In this document: in pieces, positions 61,617-64,000 of the stretch
How positions within the stretch are numbered: position 1 is the first letter of the stretch
Layout: each line of letters opens with the position of its first letter
Assembly (NCBI GenBank): GCA_947476405.1
Contig: CANJQG010000004.1
Location: 12,085-76,084 of the forward strand
From: Thiotrichales bacterium
GTDB lineage: Bacteria; Pseudomonadota; Gammaproteobacteria; Francisellales; CACEW01
Reading direction: 5' to 3'
Length of the DNA stretch: 64,000 bases
Notes under the pieces: generated by a model
The model's database searches: none
What the model was told of the DNA's origin: nothing
What the model saw: the letters and a program-made list of their open reading frames with translations, nothing else
Translations under genes and position numbers: made by a program

Positions 61617-63341
61617 TTAACGTCCCCGCAAAAATAAGCGATCCAATTCATCGTTCTTTAATAAACGCCAAGTCGGGCGACCATGATTGCAATAATCAAT
61701 CCGGGGCGTGATTTCCATATCCTGTAATAATTGCTGCATTTCATAAATAGATAATTTTTGATTAGCCTGAATGGCGCTATGACAGGCCACTTCAGCCAAG
61801 ATTTGATCTAAATAGGAGTCGGGTTCAGCCGAACCCAATACGTTCAAATCATGCAGTAATTCCTGCATAAATCGTGTTAAATCTGCTTTGGCTAAGAGTG
61901 CGGGAATTTCACGAATCAGGATTTTTTGGTCTACCCATTCCCCAATCCCCAAACCCAAATGCGTAAAAAGGGCCTCATGCTCTTTAAAAATCGCCCACTC
62001 TGTTCGACTCAGTTGTACGGTTATCGGCAAAAGCAAGCCTTGTTTTGGCAGCGTTTGCTGATGCCATTCTATTTTTAAGCGCTCATATAAAATTCGCTCA
62101 TGCGCGGCATGCATATCAATCAAAATAAGCCCTTCTGAATGTCGACTTAAAATAAATACGCCACTTAACTGGGCAATCACTTCGCCAAAACGGCTTTTGA
62201 TTTCAGGAATCGGCGGTGCAATATCCTGAAGCAAATCGGCATAAATCTGCTGCGCCTGAGGCGGCATTTTGTCATGACAAAATTCAGGTGTGGGTGCGTA
62301 AAGGGGGCGCTGTGGTGCGATCGACATTTCAATCAGGGGGCCCGCTAATGATTTTTTTAACTCACTGACTAAAAAATCATGTACCTGACGCCCTTCCCGA
62401 AACCGCACTTCCAACTTTGCGGGATGCACATTAAAGTCAACCATTTTGGGATCCATCTCTAAAAATAACACATAAGATGGCTGATTCTGGCCATAAAGCA
62501 CATCTTTAAACGCTTCTTTAATGGCATGAAAAATGAGTTTATCGCGAATCGGACGGCCATTTAAAAAAAAGTATTGTGTCTGACTCGTTGCTTTAAGATA
62601 TTTGGGTTCCGTGATTAATCCTTGTAGATTAAAACCCGCGCGATTTGAATCAATGGTTTTAGCTTGCGTATAAAAATCTTTGTGACATAAAGTCTGCCAA
62701 CGCTTGATTTCTGTTGCTGAATTCGTGATCTCTGCGACTTGCCAGGACAATTTTTGATTATGATAAATACTGAAATGAACGTCAGCATGACTCATCGCAA
62801 TTTTACGCATAATTTCGTCAATATGATTGAACTCTGTGCTGAATGATTTCATAAATTTGCGACGTGCGGGCGTATTAAAAAACAAATCCCGTACTTCGAT
62901 TTTAGTGCCTTGATTTAAACTTGCAGGCTCAATGGATCGTGATTCAAGACGACCCTCAAGCTGCAAAGCCCAGGCACTTTCCGCTTCATGATGTTTGGAT
63001 TTCAATACAAATCGGGAAACCGATACAATACTGGCCAAGGCTTCTCCCCGAAATCCCAAGGTCTGCAAATTTTCTAATTCATCCAGAGAGTAAATTTTGC
63101 TGGTTGCATGAGGGGAGACAGCTAAAACAAGTTGATCTTGGGGAATACCCTGACCATCATCTGTAACCTGAATGAGCTTGAGCCCCCCATCTTCAATCCG
63201 GACTTCAATATTTTTTGCACCGGCATCGATGCTGTTTTCGACCAATTCTTTTACAATCGAAGCGGGACGTTCAACGACTTCTCCTGCGGCAATTTGATTG
63301 GCAAGAATCGGTGAAAGTGTTTCAATACGGCGTGATTGCAT
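61617..63341 (-). CDS. mutL: DNA mismatch repair protein MutL
   Basis: GHKL ATPase N-terminus LANQIAAGEVVERPASIVKELVENSIDAGA, GFRGEAL, and a C-terminal dimerisation region ending CNHGRPT. Confidence 0.93.
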   Translation of the reverse strand: MQSRRIETLSPILANQIAAGEVVERPASIVKELVENSIDAGAKNIEVRIEDGGLKLIQVTDDGQGIPQDQLVLAVSPHATSKIYSLDELENLQTLGFRGEALASIVSVSRFVLKSKHHEAESAWALQLEGRLESRSIEPASLNQGTKIEVRDLFFNTPARRKFMKSFSTEFNHIDEIMRKIAMSHADVHFSIYHNQKLSWQVAEITNSATEIKRWQTLCHKDFYTQAKTIDSNRAGFNLQGLITEPKYLKATSQTQYFFLNGRPIRDKLIFHAIKEAFKDVLYGQNQPSYVLFLEMDPKMVDFNVHPAKLEVRFREGRQVHDFLVSELKKSLAGPLIEMSIAPQRPLYAPTPEFCHDKMPPQAQQIYADLLQDIAPPIPEIKSRFGEVIAQLSGVFILSRHSEGLILIDMHAAHERILYERLKIEWHQQTLPKQGLLLPITVQLSRTEWAIFKEHEALFTHLGLGIGEWVDQKILIREIPALLAKADLTRFMQELLHDLNVLGSAEPDSYLDQILAEVACHSAIQANQKLSIYEMQQLLQDMEITPRIDYCNHGRPTWRLLKNDELDRLFLRGR

Positions 63342-63453
63342 ACATTATCCTTGTTTACACAGTTCAATCAATCGATGAATCTGTCCAATCAAATAAAACG
63401 GAATGGAGAGTAACTGATATTCAATCGCTTTGCCAGTATGAAGTCAATAAAAG

Positions 63454-63502
63454 AGACGGTTGTTTTCATGGGCTACTCATTAAAACAGACGGTTGTTTTC
63501 AT
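63454..63502. repeat. Direct repeat at the tsaE 3' end: 16-nt perfect core, 33-nt period, about 26 nt with 3 mismatches
   Basis: AGACGGTTGTTTTCAT occurs at 63454-63469 and 63487-63502. The second copy encodes the last residues (MKTTV) of TsaE; the first lies just past the stop. Confidence 0.85.
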
Positions 63503-63931
63503 TATTACGGATCTTTCTAAGACTCCCTGATTTTCATTTAATGCAAATTCTAAGCATAAATCAGGCTTTAAGCCTAGTTTTTGAAGTAACTCTGGCCATT
63601 CGATTAAAAAAAGTGCATTTTCATCCAAATGATCCAGTAATCCCATTTCATAGAGATCGGTTTCATGTTGCAGCCGATACAAATCCAAATGATATATTTT
63701 CATTTCTGGAGTGGCGTAAGGTTCGATGACGGAATAAGTGGGACTTTTGACGCGTTCAGTCACCCCTAATTTTTGAAGGAGGATTTGGCTGAAGGTTGTT
63801 TTACCACTGCCTAAATTCCCTTTCAGGAAAATAACCGTTTTAGCTCGGGATTTTAAAAAGACCAAAAGGCTTTCAGCAACAAAAGAAGTTTCTTCTTTAT
63901 TATATAATCTTATTAGTTTATTTATTTGCAA
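63473..63931 (-). CDS. tsaE: tRNA t6A37 biosynthesis ATPase TsaE (YjeE)
   Basis: P-loop GNLGSGKTTF, SPTYS and HLDLYRL motifs. TTG start, uncertain. Confidence 0.85.
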   Translation of the reverse strand: MQINKLIRLYNKEETSFVAESLLVFLKSRAKTVIFLKGNLGSGKTTFSQILLQKLGVTERVKSPTYSVIEPYATPEMKIYHLDLYRLQHETDLYEMGLLDHLDENALFLIEWPELLQKLGLKPDLCLEFALNENQGVLERSVIMKTTVCFNE

Positions 63932-64000
63932 TTGTTATAACATCGCGCATTTTGTGTGTATATCTCATTGTAAGCTAAATTTTACGGGATTTGGAGAGGC

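Noticed and set aside
63342-63472. Absence of amiB between tsaE and mutL as a possible deletion.
   Set aside because: Gene order around tsaE and mutL varies among gammaproteobacteria. The spacer shows no gene remnant apart from the short duplication reported separately.

Overview
This is a chromosomal window from an AT-rich gammaproteobacterium. Spot counts of housekeeping lines give about 38-40% GC. The housekeeping backbone, the eukaryote-like kinases and an ankyrin/transglutaminase-like protein suggest a Legionellales-type host-associated organism, but that is inference only.

Backbone genes: rsgA (3' fragment), yggX-ftsQ, a complete atpIBEFHAGDC operon, nuoJKLMN (without nuoA-I) followed directly by waaF-waaC, mdh, miaA, cyoABCDE, a DAHP synthase-chorismate mutase-tyrA cluster, msbA, mutL, tsaE and one tRNA-Arg(ACG).

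Accessory or unusual content:
- A CbbR-like LysR regulator sits divergent from a dabB-dabA (DAB inorganic-carbon/CO2 hydration) pair. That pair is tightly coupled to three further genes: a double zinc-ribbon unknown, a YqhA-like membrane protein and an MscS-like channel.
- Two tandem paralogous eukaryote-like protein kinases lie immediately upstream of nuoJ. One carries a 7-Cys cluster.
- A nitric-oxide module contains an Rrf2/NsrR regulator, a truncated haemoglobin and a ferredoxin-FNR reductase. A near-perfect AT-rich palindrome lies in its divergent promoter.
- An alphaproteobacterial/eukaryote-type 5-aminolevulinate synthase is present.
- A transglutaminase-like/ankyrin-like effector candidate is present.
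- Two small GC-rich patches stand out. One encodes a 226-aa unknown; the other carries a G-quadruplex motif and a poly-proline ORF.
- An uncharacterised 64-aa + 438-aa gene pair sits next to the tRNA.
- A RelE/RHH toxin-antitoxin pair is present.
- An (AGCCT)n pentanucleotide repeat is present.

I recognised no rRNA, CRISPR array, transposase, integrase or prophage genes. All family assignments come from reading the supplied translations for motifs. No database search was possible, and start codons are estimates.
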